Below the pieces are notes generated by a model, which was not told where the DNA came from, did no database searches, and saw only the letters and a program-made list of their open reading frames with translations. Positions 24,790-39,600 of a DNA stretch of 64,000 nt are shown here, in pieces. How positions within the stretch are numbered: the first letter of the stretch is position 1; the number at the start of each line of letters is the position of its first letter. The position numbers and the translations under genes are program-made. This stretch comes from Cenococcum geophilum (lineage: Eukaryota), in contig CP158635.1 in NCBI GenBank assembly GCA_050273025.1, positions 27,342,001 through 27,406,000 on the forward strand, in the 5' to 3' direction.

Positions 24790-27700
24790 TGTTGGTTACA
24801 TAAGGGGGATATCACGTAGCTACGGTTCGTAGATAGTATAATAATTGTTATTGTTTTTGTTCTAAGAAAGGGGAAGGGTAGGGAACTTAAGGTTCCTTAC
24901 CACGCTAGTGCCGCGGCAACACGTGACGGCAATTTGCCGCATATGGCGGCAATTTGCCCTATTCCCAACACTAGCAACTCTTCTTTTTATAGTTGCCATC
25001 TATAAACACCTATAGATTGCTACTATACAAAAGTATAAAGCTAAGGGGAAGAAGGAAAAGAGGAAGGGTATTAGGGGGTTAATGTAAAGACGAGTGGGCC
25101 GCTAAGGCGCTAGTAGTAAGCAAGCTAATAGCGATTTTTTATACCAGGCATGGAAAATCCTAATTAGCTAAATTAATAAATAGCGTTAGTAGAACTCTAT
25201 ACCGCTACCTAAATTAATTAGGCGCGGCGCTCTTAGCAAGAATTTAACTAATTAGACAACTTTAACTAGCGGTTAAAGTTCTATAAGATCTTAACTTCTC
25301 TAAATTTCCCTCTTAACCTAACCTTTAACTCGCATATATAGAGTATTTATATTAATAAATATCTCTAGTGCCTTATTTAGGTTTACCTTCGTCATTATAT
25401 CTACCGGGTTATCTTGGCTATTAATCTATTAAATCTTAAAGAGTTCTTAATACTTATAGGATTACTAAAGTACCATAATATTAATTATAAGACGCTTCTC
25501 CTTTATAGTGCTAAGCTTAACTAAATACTTATAGAGGGAGTATAAGTCAGTGCACACAATTATAAGAATAGTGGGAATTTTAAGTCGATCCGTAATTATC
25601 TTAAGGGTAGTTCCAATTATAATTACTATATTAACTCCGCTAACTATTCTATATATCTCTAACGCTAAAACGCTTTAAGTAACGCGTTTACTCTTAGTTA
25701 AGCTCTAATAAATAAGGTTACTATAGATTGTAAAGTCATTCTCTCTAGTAGATTTATTCGCGATAATAATCTTATATCCTAACTAGGAGCTAAAATCTTT
25801 ATTATTAGCGAATGATTTATTAACAAACACAAAGATCTTAGCGGTAGGGAGATTAATAGGTATATAGAGTAGCCCTTAGTCGAGATAATTCATCTACTAA
25901 AAAAGGCGCTTATTTAGAGTAAGAATGTTATCCTTAGTTAGTTCCTAGTATTAGGCGGCAATAGAGAGATTAAAAGAAGCCTTAGGTTAATAGATAGAAG
26001 CAACATAAGCCCTATAAGCGCGTTATTCTATATATCCTTATTTTAGAGAATTAATATTAATAACGTTAATCTTCTTACCTTAACCCTTTTGGCGTAAAGC
26101 AATAGAATCCTTATTTATAGAAAGGATACATCTATTAAAGAGCAATAGTGTTATTAAATTAAGTCTTTCCTTTAGCTTTACTATAAGATTTACCTTTACT
26201 AGCTTATCTTCTTTAAGAGCTAAGAATTAGTCGTCTCCTAAGATAATTATATCGTTAGTTTATATACCGATAATTCTAAATAGAATTCCTATAGTTATAA
26301 TAAGGAAGCAGGGATTAAATATAAAAGTAGTTATTAAAAGCTTTTCTTTATAGTGCTTACTATAAGTAGCCCACTAATAAGTTCCTGCCTCTATAATTCT
26401 ATATAATAGCTTAAGCATAACTATAATTATGTCTTTAGGATACTAGTGGCAAATTTACTCTAGAAGGTATGCTAATATTAAGCGCTAAAAGTGCGTCTCT
26501 AATTAGGTATAGGCTTAAGTAATATCTTATAAATAAACTACTATTCTATTCTTTATTAAGGAGGGAGCTAATATAACAATAACTCGCTAACTAGCTCGTT
26601 AAATTATAGGAGATTATATAAGAATTATCTCTTTACTATTATCGTTATAACCTTAGATAATAAGCCTTAATTTCTTAAATAGGGCGTTAGTAGCTTTACC
26701 CTTAATCTTATTAACCATTCTTAACTTAAAGATGCAAACTCCATTAAACTTAGTAGGGTTATATTTCTTAAATTTAAAGACTCCTCTTATAATAAGACTG
26801 TCAATCTCCTACTTATTAGATACTTAGAAAGGAGCTCCTAGGGTTATAATATAACCTTCCTTTTAAAGCTGTTTTGCGAGCTTAAAGTCAGCCTTCTCTT
26901 TGGCTATTATAAAGGCCATTAATAACTTAACTCTACTCTCTATAGCAGCAACAAATTGCTCTTTAAAATTAATAAGATATTAGTAATTTTATAATCCCTT
27001 TAGGCGACCTCTACCGCGTTATAGTTGCGGTATATCTACTACAATTATATTAGGATTACAGTCGCCTTCTAGGGCACGTTAATTATAGTTCTCCTCTAGG
27101 GCATCTTCTAGGGCATCTTTTAGGGCATCCTATAAAGGCTTAGAACTATTATCTTTATAATAGGGCCTAAGAACGGTTAAATAAAATTAAGTAGGTCTAT
27201 AGGGCATCTAAAGAGTATAAGTTTAACTATTAATTATAATAAGTTTATATAGGCCTAACCATCCTCCCTTTTTATACTATACCCATACTTTAAATTAGAG
27301 TAGCAGATTAAGCGTAGTTAAGGTGTTTAGGCCATTTCTTATTCCTAGTATATTATTAACCTAGCGCGTAACATATAGACGTTATACCTCCTTTATTACT
27401 TTACGAATAGCCTTAGCTTATTATACAATAGAGGGAGATAGTAGAGAATTATTAGTTATTTAAGGGTAGGCGCTAAAGACTAATAATGTAGGTATAAGTC
27501 TATCCGGGCCAGCAGAATTATTAATAGCTTTAACAGCTATTTATAAGGTAAGTTCTTTACTAGCATCCTTTAGTTCTAAAGAGATAATCTTATATACGCG
27601 ACGTAATAGCGTATAATATCGCTCTACTTTTTTAATACTATTATATACCTTAATAGGGACTTCCTTAACCTTAATTACTATTGCCTTTATTTATTATCGG

Positions 27701-30700
27701 AACTCTATAGATAAGAAGTTCTTTCTTATATTATAAATAATTTAATTAGGGGGTCCTAGGTAGATATTAATCTAGTATAACTAAAGGGTATCCTATGCAT
27801 TTCTAGTTAATATATCCTTTAAAAAACGTACGGCTTAGAAGGAGGTTAATAAGTTAACAGCTTAGAGGACTAGCTTACCATTAAAATATATAATATTAAT
27901 AATAATACAGAAGTTAAAGTTATAGTTATCTTTAAGGGTAAACTTAAATCGGCTAGGGGACTTCTAGTTTATTTAGCAGTAATAGTAGTACTTTATAAGA
28001 TGCTTAATTACCTTAACCTTAACTTTATAACCTACTTATTAAAAAACCCTAAGTAGTTAGTAAACAGATAGGTGGCTAAAACGATGGTATAGTTAACGTA
28101 GCTCTAACTTAGTTAAGTAACTTTAAGTAACGCTCCTTTCTGGTTATTAAAGGAGTAACTAAGGGTAACCCCACTTGCGTATAACGGGCACCCAATTATC
28201 TCCCTAAATAAGTATATTCTTAAGGTTATTAAGCTTAACACCTAATTTATTTATATCTTAGATATAGAATAGGAATAGGGTATTTGTAGGAATAATATAG
28301 AAGGTAATATATCCTAATAGGGTTTAGACCTTAATTATACTAAAAGAGATTATAATACCCTTACTAAAGCAAATTATATATTAGCCTGCCGTTAATTAGT
28401 TAATTTAAATAGAGCTATTAAGCTACTAAAGAGCTTAAACTTAAGGTTCTCCTACTATAGATACTTCTACGGCTCTAGTATCTAGTATAATACTATAAAA
28501 GACATTTACTAAGTATCTATTATTAAAGGAAAACGCGGAACTTTCCTTTAGCTTATTAAAGATATCTAACTTTATAATAGAATAGAACGTAGATTAGTTA
28601 TTAAGGATAGCAACAGTTTATATACTATTTACCTCACTATACTTAGTAAAGTATTAGTTAGAAGAGTAGTCCTTAATATCCATATCTATAAGAAGCTATT
28701 CGGCCTTATTAACCTTATCCTTAAGGTCTTCTATGCCTTTATATTAGACTAAAAAGCTTTAAAAGTAGGCCGTAGTAACCTTATAATTTCCAACGTTTCT
28801 TATACTCTATTAGAACTTATTATATACCTCCTTTTACTTATTAAGAGAGTGTCTATTTAACTAGCAATTTAGCTTCTTATAAATATAGCTCTTCTTCTAA
28901 TAGTTATTCTAAAATAAACCTCCATAAGGACCTTTATAATTGCTTTATAGTTAACGTTAATTATACTCTCTACTATATCCCCTACTCCGGCCACTATATA
29001 TTTAATTAGTCTAGTTATAATTATATTAGTCTAAAATCCCGGTTTAAATAGGGTTTTTGGTATAGAATTATTAGGGTTTTTATATTTATATTATAGTGCC
29101 TACAGTAGAGCGTAGTTTAGCATATACTCCTTTAAATATATCTATAGGTTTATATAGCGCTAAGTTACACTTAGAAACGCTATAGCATACTAAGATAACC
29201 TAGTCCCTTAAACTATTCTCGTTTTAGTAGGTTTTAGTAAAACTATATTAAATTTTCTAGAGTTTATTAAAGAGTAGTTAAAGATACTCTAGGTAAGTTA
29301 TTATTAGGTTAAAAGCAATAACTCTCTAAAATATAGTCTCCCGCTATTTAGATATATAAAGTTAACAGTTCTTATTAGTTTTAAAGTAGGCTCTAGTAAG
29401 CTAAAGCATTATATTAAAGCTATAGTTTTTACCTATAATATAGTTATAATAGAATATTGCCGCCCGTCCCTTTAATATAATAGAGAAAGCATAATAGAAC
29501 TAGTAGTGTTAAATTCTAACCTTATTATAGCAGTTATAAAAGACCTATAATTTTACTCTAAGTATATTATATAATTCTCCTTTAAACTTCTTCTCTTCGT
29601 CTAAATATACCTTTATTAGATTCATAACTTCTTAAGATAGAGGCTTATTAGTTAGCTAGGATAGAGAAGTTAGAGGTAATAAAAGTAGAGGAAAAGCACC
29701 TCTAGGTAAGAGAGTACCTCTAGGTAGAAGAATAGCGTTCTAGGGGTTTTATTCTAAATTAAAGTTGCCTTTTAAAGAATATAAGTTAGTTTTAGGTTTC
29801 CGTAGTTAACATATAATCTTAGCTTCCGTCTATACTAGTTCTTCTATACTAGTAAAAACGGCGTAAATATTACTAGTAATTAGGTTACCGTCCTTAGTAA
29901 TATACACCCTATTCCTTTAAAGGGAGTCTTAAAAATCCTAAATAATATTAATATTGCTAAGTGCCTAGGTGTTGGCAGTCCATCCTATAAAATCCTCCTT
30001 AAAGTATTCCCATAACTATAAATTGGTATAATAGCTATCTTAGTAGAATAGAATATAGTATAGAAAAAAGCCGTTAACTTATTTTACGGTATAGGTTATT
30101 ATATTAAAGGTAAATACATCCTAATCTTTATTAATAAGTTTCGCGTATATAGCTACCCCTAGTAATAAGGAGTCTCTCTAGTTATTTAGAGTAGCTATAA
30201 TTATATCTTCGGAGGAAGGGAATATTAGTGGTATAGGGATTGTTATTTAGTACGCGTTTATAACATATATTTATAATTATAGGGCTTAGGACCAGTTCTG
30301 GCCTTAAATCGCAAAGACTTATAAAGCGTATTGTTCTGCGTAATAGACGTAAGAATCTATAATCTAGGGAAGGCTTAGGACCAGTTCTGGCCTTTAGATC
30401 CTTAGATTTGTGGAAGAATTCTATTTAAGGTTTAGAACCAGTTCTAACCTTAAAAGACAGCTTCCCTTAGCACAAGTAGCACTAGTATAGTAGCTCGTCT
30501 CTTCTTAGTAAATACCTAGCTATTCTATAGCATAACTATAAAGTTAACCACTAATTAGTATTGGTTATATAAGGGAGATATCACGTAGCTACGGTTTGTA
30601 GATAGTATAATAATTATTATTATTTTTGTTCTAAGAAAGGGGAAGGGTAAGGAACTTAAGGTTCCTTACCACGCTAGTGCCGCGGCAACACGTGACGGCA

Positions 30701-30739
30701 ATTTGCCGCATATGGCGGCAATTTGCCCTATTCCTAACA
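24790..30739 (-). mobile_element. Copia-1 (gag subtype b) full-length copy
   Basis: 181-bp LTRs 24790-24970 and 30559-30739; TSD ATAAC (24785-24789, 30740-30744); internal region colinear with 16150-22148. Confidence 0.96.
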
Positions 30740-33616
30740 ATAACATATTTTAAGTTCTTTTTAATTTTAAGCTTCCTACTATTATATTTCGTATATTTAT
30801 ATTAGGTAATAGCTATTTACCTTTATATTATATTTATTTAGCTAAAGTAGGCTATAAAGGGTAGTTCTTATAGAATTCTTTTACTAAAGAAGGTGCGTTA
30901 GCCTTAATCTAGTTATAGGTTTCCTAGGTTTATATTTTATATCCTTTTTACTTAATAAAAAGTTTAAATTATTTGGATCGTATTTTCTATTATATATTAT
31001 TAATTAAGTTAATAAAGTAAGAACTATTACCGTTATTAATAATTATAGAAGGTAGTAGTGGCACTTTATAGGTTAAAGGTTTACCTTTTAAAGGTTATAG
31101 TAAGTTTATATAAAATATTAGATATATTTTTATCTTAGTTAGTAATTTAAGCTTATAAGTATATAGGCTTAATTTTTTTAAATTTAGTATAGGCCTATAA
31201 ACTTCTAGTCTAGTTTCTTTAAGGGTTATTAAGTCTTTAAGTTTTATATATTTAGGTAAACTATATAACCTTCCTTAAAGTCCTACGCGAAAGCTTATCC
31301 TTTATTTATATACTATTTCTATACTATTTAAGCGTACGCTAATTTACTTTATAATAGTGCCGTTAACTACTTTATTTAATTAGTAAAGTTATATATATTA
31401 ATTAGTTAAATCCTCTTAATTATAGGTCCTATTATATTAATTTTAGGTTATAATTTAAATCTAAGTTAAGGGTTTTATCTGTAAGTTATATAGAACGGTA
31501 TTACGCCTATTAATTTATTTCTTATATTATTTATAGTAAACTTAGCTAAAGATAGCCACTTTTCCTAGTTATTTTATAGGTAGAAGTAGTATATTTATAA
31601 GTGTTGGTACCAATTTAATGGTATAAGTTGTGTCTAGGGGCATGAAATACGTTTAGTATTGTATGCTTATTTAGACGGTGGTGACTAACTCTTATATTAA
31701 AGCAGACTACGGGGTCTATATACTAATGCGCCTTCCCTAATTAGTTAGTGCCTTGTAAGCAGATGGTTGGTGCACTAACGCGTAAGTAGTAGTTGGTACA
31801 CTAAACGCGTAAACGCGTACTTGGTGTACCAAGCGCGTAAACACGCGGCTTATACAATTGGTGCTGTAATTAGACACTGGCGATACTTAAAAAATGGAAC
31901 CACCTATATACAGCCTCCGTAATTGCTTTAATAAAACTATAAAACGCAAAAGAAAATACATAGGAAATCTCCCCCGAGGTGCCGTCTAGGCTACTTTCTA
32001 AACGGTGCTTTAAGCTGGTTGTAGGTCTACTAAGTTCCACTATAGCTTTCTACCGTTTTCCACCTATACCGTACAACGAGCCGTACAGCCCTCCAACGGG
32101 CCGTAGACGTACCGTAGGTGCGTCGTTAGTCCCGTTCCACCTATTCTGTGACTTCTAGGTTAAGCTTATTCGTGTTAATTAGGGTTTTAAGGGCTTAACA
32201 CGGCTTTGCCTTAGTCATGGCGTCTACTAGGTTATTTCCGCCGCTAATCCATTTAACCTCTGTAATCTCGCGTTGTTTATAGGCCTAACGTAAGCACATT
32301 AGGTCGACTATAAGCCTCTTTTCTTATATCGTACCTAGCTTAACTAAGCAGTCGTAAAGGGACTTTAAATTGGTGTATAAGACCAGAGGTAACTGCTCCA
32401 GTTATAGGATCTTCTGGACTGTTAATTTAATTGCGGCTGCTATATTAAAGCTATAAGCTAGTATATATAGTTTAGAAGCTAGAACGCTGCGGGTTACTTA
32501 TTTACACTTAATTAAAGACTAGTATAGTATATTTGCATTCTAGTTACGGTCCGTAAGTATAAATATAAAACCAATTTGTGATAATAGGTCCCTATTATTG
32601 GCGAAGGAGGCGTCCGTAAATACTAATAGGCTAAGGGAGTTTAGGTCTAGTAGTACAAAAGTAAGTCCCCTTATTGCATTGTCAATTTGCCACTAAATAC
32701 GCTTATTAAGCTGCTTAATATTTTCCTCTTATAGATCTACTGCCTAGGCCGTAAAGGACAAATCGTAGGTAGATTTGGGTTAACAGACCGTGGCAATATA
32801 GGCGCCTCTTGCGCGCTGTGCAATGTATTAGTCCTTTATATTTACGGTCTTGCGGGTCTCTCCGCGGAAGCTAGTAAGGTCTATAGGCCTTACTATAACA
32901 GGCCTTAAGTTTTAAGCTTGGCGTTCCTAAGTTAGCTTAATTAGGTTGCCCTTTTGGGTGATTAAGCCTCCATTAAACTTAATCGGATTTTGCTTAGTTA
33001 GCTGCTCTCACGGCTTTGCTAAGAACTTTACCTTTTATAGTTTAGTCTCTTTAGCGTCCGCAAAGGTTTGGTCTGCTAGGAAAAGGGTATCGTCTATTTA
33101 GAGTCCAACGATACTAAGGCTATTTAATTAGGTATATAGGAGGCAGGGGTTGTAGGTTAACTGTTCCATTTTAAGTCTACTAACGTGGTGCTGGTGGTAT
33201 GTCTTAAACTAGTAGTTCCTGGCTTCCGGTACTCTGTAAAGAGGTTTTATAACTTATAAAATTGTTCCTAATTATAGGTTAAGCTCATAGGGTGGTTATA
33301 TAAAGATATCTCTACTTAGGTAGGTACTAGACTATATATAGGCTTATAAGATATCCCGTAAGTATAAAGCTACAGGTTTAATTTGCTGTAGGCTGGGTAT
33401 AAGTGCAAGTATAATCCGTTAGCTAACTCGTTAAATTATAGGCAATTGCATAAGGACTAAGTCCTTTCCTTAGTTATTATAAGCTTATATAACAAGCCTT
33501 AACTTTTTAAAGGCTTTGTTAGTACTAGGGTGCTTAATTTTATTAATAAAGCGTAAGTTAAATATACGGACGCCTTGCGGAATATCCTTTTCTGCTATAA
33601 CTATAAAGACGCCTTT

Positions 33617-36600
33617 TGTTACGGGACGGGGCAGTGGCTACAAGACGTATGTATTCAAGGAGTCTACAAGACGTTGCGCGATCGATCGTAAGGGTCGAGG
33701 GCGTAAGGAGGTGATATACCTACGCGTAGCTGACATAAGCTGTACGCGAGGTGTACGCGAGAGCACGGGGCTCTCCTATGGAGGCCCCTGCGGTAGGGTT
33801 CCGTAACACTACCCCCCCTCCTATAGAGGCGGAGCTCCGGCGACGCTGTGGTTACTATATATATATAAAAGGGACACTTAGGGTATAGAAAAGAAGAAAA
33901 GGGGGGTATCGCTAAAGGCTTAAAACAACGTTATGTAATAAGGCTTGGTATCTGAGAATCCGACCAATTAAATAACTTTAACCGCCGGTCAAAGTTCCTG
34001 GATATCTTAACGATATTCCGGTTACGTAATCGCACTTTACCGCAATCTAACGGCAATTTAACGGCAATTTACCCCTACGTGGCAATGTACAACGGTTTAA
34101 CTCTATAAGGGCTCCTATAGAGGATTAGGTATAAAATCTCTGCTTAGGCCCGGTTTCTATAGGTTTGCGTGGTGAAAGTCGCTAATTAGATCCTTTGCAT
34201 TTTTGAAGTCTTCTTATAGTTGCCATTCTGGCTAGTCTATGTTAAATCCTATATATATAGCTCTATAGTAGAGCCGTCGTCCTCTGCCTTTGCTAAAGTA
34301 TTTAGAGTCGATAATTTATTTAACGGTCCACTCCTCGTGGTTCTCGTCTTCGTTCTCGTCTCAGATTAGTACTGGTAGGGGTTTGGGCTATATCTACCCC
34401 AGTAAGGGGTTAGGCTGGTGAAGGTATAGTAGCTATGGGTGAAATATAGGCTATATCCCGCGGGTGGTTAGGGTAGGCGGGAGCTCTAGCTTGTATGCGG
34501 CTCCCCTATTAATAACTCGTTTAATTAGGTAGGGGCCAAGGTTCTTATAATTAAGTGACTTTATAGGCCTTTGCGTAGAGATATTGCGTACATCTAGCTA
34601 TACCTAGTCGCCAATACGTATCTCCGGTGGTGGCGTTCTATAATAGTTAGCGAAGTAGGCCTGCTTTGCTTAAGCCTAGGCCATTTCTCCCTTGTAGTAG
34701 TTGAGTAGATTTTTTATACGGTCTGTATGCTGGTTGGTAAGTAGTATCTTAAGGCGTTTTCTATATGGTAGTTTCTTATCAATAGGTTCTAGTGGTTCTA
34801 TGCCGGATTGGGGGTGATATCCCTTATTTGCGAAGAACGGGGTAAGTCCTGTAGTAGTTAAGACGTGGTTATTTGCTGCGAATTTACCTAGTAGGAGGTG
34901 ATCTACCTAGTTATTTTGACTATAGGCGACTACCTATTGTAGGTACGCTTTTATGCTAGCATTAGCGTTTTCCGGTTGCCTAGCAGTTTCGTAGTAAAAG
35001 GATATAGATATCTTAACGGAGATGCTAAGGTGTTGGCAGATTCGTCTCTATATATCAGAGCCGAACTATGTGCCTTGGTCGGATGTAATTAAGTTAGGTA
35101 ACCTATGTAATTGGTAGATTTCGTAGAGAAAGGCGTTAGTGATGTTGTTAACGGCTACGCCTTCGGTTAGGACGTAGTGGCGCTCTTTTATAAGTCGGCA
35201 TATTATTATAAGGATGTTCTTATAGGTACGGCTATGTCGCTTATAGGGTGGTAGGTTAATAACGAAATCTATAGCGATATTTGCCTATTGTCATATAGGT
35301 ACTGGTAGAGGGTATAGTAGTCCTTAGTACTTTATATTAAAGGCCTTAGCGCGCTTATAACCGTAGTAGGCGCCTATAAAGCGTTTAACTGAGTCTATTA
35401 TTTTAGGCTAGAAGTAGTATCGGCTAAGAAGCTTATAGGTTCCTTTTTTACCTGGGTGGCCGCTTGATCGGAGGTCGTGGGCCATTTGGATTAGTTGCCG
35501 TTATAGATTTTCTAAGTTGGGGATAAATAGACGGCCTCTATAATAGAGCCTGTTCTCTTTTACTTTTAAGGCTGCTATATTAATTTGGCCTAAGCTTTAG
35601 AGTTTAGTTGGCAGCGTATAGGCGCTGGCGGTTTTTGCGGTAATAAGTTGATATAGTAATAGGTTAATAGAGGTGTTATATGCCGTGGTAATAAGCTTGT
35701 TGATTTTGGGAGGTGATTCTAGTTCTATAGTATGGAGCTAAGGTATAGTTAGCTCTATTGTAGGTAGTATACCTGGGGCCAAATTCCGTGCTTTTAGGAT
35801 TGTCTATTGTTGGAACTGGTTGTAGGGGTCATCTTTAGACTAAGGAAGGTCTTGTAAGCGGCGTGTTAGGCTATTAGGCTTAGTACCTTGTACTCCTGGC
35901 CTGTATGCGATTTTGAAGTTAAAACTAGAGAGGAACTTGTTCTAGCGTACTTAGTGTTAGTTTAGCTGTTTTATAGTTATAAAGTACTTAAGGTTGCGAT
36001 AATCCGTAAAGACTTTAGTTAGCTAGTTAGGTTCTGCTAAGGAGAGTTCTGGTTAGAATTCCTTAAATACTTATACGATTGCAAGAAGTTCCTTATTATA
36101 GATTTTGTAGTTACATTCTTATAGTGTAAGCTTAGATAAATAGAATGCGATTGGGTGGAGGAGACCGTCGTCGCCTATTTGGGAGAGGACGCCTGCGTTA
36201 ACGTAGTCTAAGGAGTTAGTCTTAAGATAGAGTTATCGTCCTAATATAAAGTGAGCTAGGATAGGTGCTTTGGTAAAAGTATCTTTAAGGTCTTAGAACG
36301 CCTTCTTATATTTAGGCGTCTAGATAAAACGTAGATATGTTTTTCTTCCTTTTATAGAAAGGCCCTTCGTTCGCATCATTGCTGTAAGTGGTACTATAAT
36401 ACCTAAGAAGTTGTATATAAATTTTTAATAGAAGTTGGCAAAACTAAGGAAAGCTTATACGTCTTTAATGCAGTTAAGGGTTTGCTATTTAGTAATTGTG
36501 CGTACCTTCTTAGAGTCTATACGGATACCCTTAGTAGTAATAATTAGTCTAAGGTATTTTACTTCTGTGACTAAGAATTTGTACTTCTTTAAATTAATGT

Positions 36601-39600
36601 AAAGTCCTGCGTCCCTAAGGCGCTGTAGGACCTTTTAAACGTGCTTGGTATACTTAGAAGGGTTATTGCTATAAATAAGTATATTGTCTAGGTACGCAGA
36701 GCAGAAGTCATTAAGGTAGTTCTGTAAGGCGTTATTAATATAGCTTTGGAAGCTGCCTGGGCCGTTATATACGCTAAAGGGTATAATAGTATATTTAAAT
36801 TGGCTAAAGCGCAATGCAAATGCGGTTTTCTATTCGTCACCTTCTCGTATTTGGAGGCGGTTAAAGGTGGCGATAATATTAAGCTTGGTATAGATTTTGG
36901 CTTGGCTAAGCTGCTTAAGAGTCTTACGTATAAGTGGTACGGGGTATTAGTTCTTAATTATAATAGCGTTAAGTCCTCTATAGTTAACGTAGAATTAAAT
37001 ACCTCCTCCTAGCTTCTTAGTAAGAAGGATGGGGGCGGCTGCTAGGGATATGCTGGGGCGAATAAACCCTTTGTTGAGGTGTTTGTTGATATACTTTTTA
37101 ATAACTAGAAGTTCGTCTTTTAATATTAGGTAGGGTCTCTTATAGGGTGGCGTTTTTCCTTATTTAATATTAATGGTATAGTTATTAGGTCGATATAGGG
37201 GGAGTATATCTACGCTCTTTTGTGAGCATATATTAATAAAGTTATAGTACCTCTTAGGGAGGAGCTTACGGAGTTCCTCGTTAGTAAGTTCTTTTTTAAG
37301 CTTTATAAACTTCTTAAAGTCTAAAGGTGAAAGTCCGTAGAGTTCTACGGGGGCATTATTTTTTAGGAGGTCGACTATGTCTATCCTGTTACTGTAGAGG
37401 ACGTGGTCCTGTTCTTTATTAAGCTTATATAGTTGTAATTGAAAGGCTGCGGTAACGGTCTAGCCTTTCCTACGTGCTATGCGGTAAAAGGCCGCGGCAC
37501 TTACATAGTAGTAGTTGGTCGTGGGTAGGGTAATAAGGGGTTCCTTGGGTTGGTATCTTAGGGAGTAGATAGAGGCGGCTAGGCTATGTCCTAGGCAGGT
37601 CTCTCTACAGTATTTAGAGTTAAAGGTTGCTTCTCTCTTTTTCTAGTTAATGGCGGGGTTGTATTATTCGAGCTAGTTTATTCTAAGGATAATAGGGTAG
37701 TTAGTAAGTGGTATAATATAGGCCTAGAGTTTTTCCTGGTGCCTATTTATGTCTAGGTGGAGTTGTGCTATATAGGTAATCTTCTGTGCGGTATAACTAC
37801 CGTCGGCGAGTTATAGGGCGCGGGCTTTAGTAAGGGGTAAGGTAGGTAGGTTATAAGTACGCACAAATTAGGTATCTATAAATTTATTAGTAGCTCCGCA
37901 ATTAATTATAGAACGGCTTTTATATTGTTTTTTAGCAGTAGTTCCTATTATGGGTAAAACTATCTGTTTCCGTCCATTTATTTTTACTAAGTTATCTATT
38001 AAGCAGGCCGATATGTAGATCCCCTTATTGTTAGGGCGTCCTAACCTGTGACTTAGGGCTAGGACTTGGCGTTTTCCGTTTCCGTATCTAACTCTACCGC
38101 TATTACTGCGTCTTCGTCTTATACGGTAGTGGCATATAGCGACGTATTTGGTGTTTAAGGTACTAGGTTAGGTGTTAGGCGGCAGCTACTAAACCTAGCT
38201 ATTAGGCAGTTTGGGCTATAGCTATAATAGCCTTCTTAACAACATCTATAGCAACGCTTTAGCTTTTAGAGTAGCTCGCGTTCTCCGTCTAGTAGCTTTT
38301 ACGGGAAGGTTGGTATAGAAAGGTCGATATTAGGACCAGTAGTATTGCTTAGGGTAGTAGGTGTTAGTAGTTTAGTAGGTCCGGAGGGCTTCTATAGGGA
38401 GGTCTTCAGGCAGGGGTTTACAGTAGCGATCTAATTTAGTCGTTATTTAATCTTCCGTATAGCTGCTACCATATTATAAACATTATTATAGTTGTAGCTG
38501 GCGGCTGCGTAACTAAGGCGATAAATAACTTTTTTAAGGAGATCTTCCTAGTCTTTAGTATCGTCTCGGGCGAGAGCTCTGGTATATTTCTGGAATTTAA
38601 TATAGAATTTGTTAAATAATTTAGTAGGGCTTATCTTTAGGGCACATAGTTTAGCTTAGTTGGTGGCTAGTAGGTCGTGGTTACGGTATATTAGGTTAAG
38701 ATTATTAAGGACTTCTTAGTGGGACTGCCACTTCTAGGGGCTATTGGTCTCCCATTAGGCGAAGAGTCTATTAAATAGTGTACCCTTTGTTCGCCCAATA
38801 ATGTAGCTAATCTTAGTATCTTCTATAGGAAAAAGGCAGGTGCTCTAAGTTAGTTTCTTGCGGATTTGCATCTTCTAGTGGCTGTATTCTTTGCGGTCTC
38901 CCTAGAAAACTGGGGGATTAGGGTAACGTGCATTAGACCCTACGGTAGTAGCTTAGGTTTAGTCGTTATAGCTTTCATCGTCGCTTTAGTAGGGGTTTCC
39001 GTTAGGTAAGGCTGCTTAGCGCTAACTCTCTATTAAGCGTTAAGTAGGTGAAGTTGCCGGGGGCGTAAAGACTTAAGTGGCGTTATATGCAGTAGAGAGG
39101 TGTCTGGCGTTATTACGAATATGCTCGTTAAGCTAAGATTATAGGTATTTAATTGTGCCTTCTCTTTTAGTAACCGTAGCAATAAGTGCAATCTTAGCCT
39201 TCTTTAACTGTTGGACGTCGCGTTTAGACACGCGGAGGTTGTCTTTGGTTTCTTAACGCGTGTTATTAGCGAGCGCCTCGCGAGCTTATAGGTCTTAGAT
39301 AATATCGCGATCTTAAGCAGCACACATCTCGGCTTATGTAAGCTTTAGGTGGTAGTTCTATAGAAGGCGGTAGTATTTATTAGGTTCTTGTGCTACCATT
39401 TTTACAAACGTCTCGGCGTCTTATATTTCGATTTTAATGGGTAATAACCCTTCCGCTTACTTATCCGTAGTTATATAGTTAATAAAAGATAAGACATTGT
39501 TAGTGTCTATCTCCTTAGGGGTTAAGGCTAGGGCTGATAAATCGAATTCTCCTAGGATTAATTGGCGTTGTAGGTTAAGTATAGGTATTGGATTGTTCTT

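Noticed and set aside
33516..33806. Duplicated small ORFs (33516..33806 and 39774..39959) as a gene pair
   Set aside because: They simply read through the two Gypsy-B LTRs; the first spans the insertion junction.
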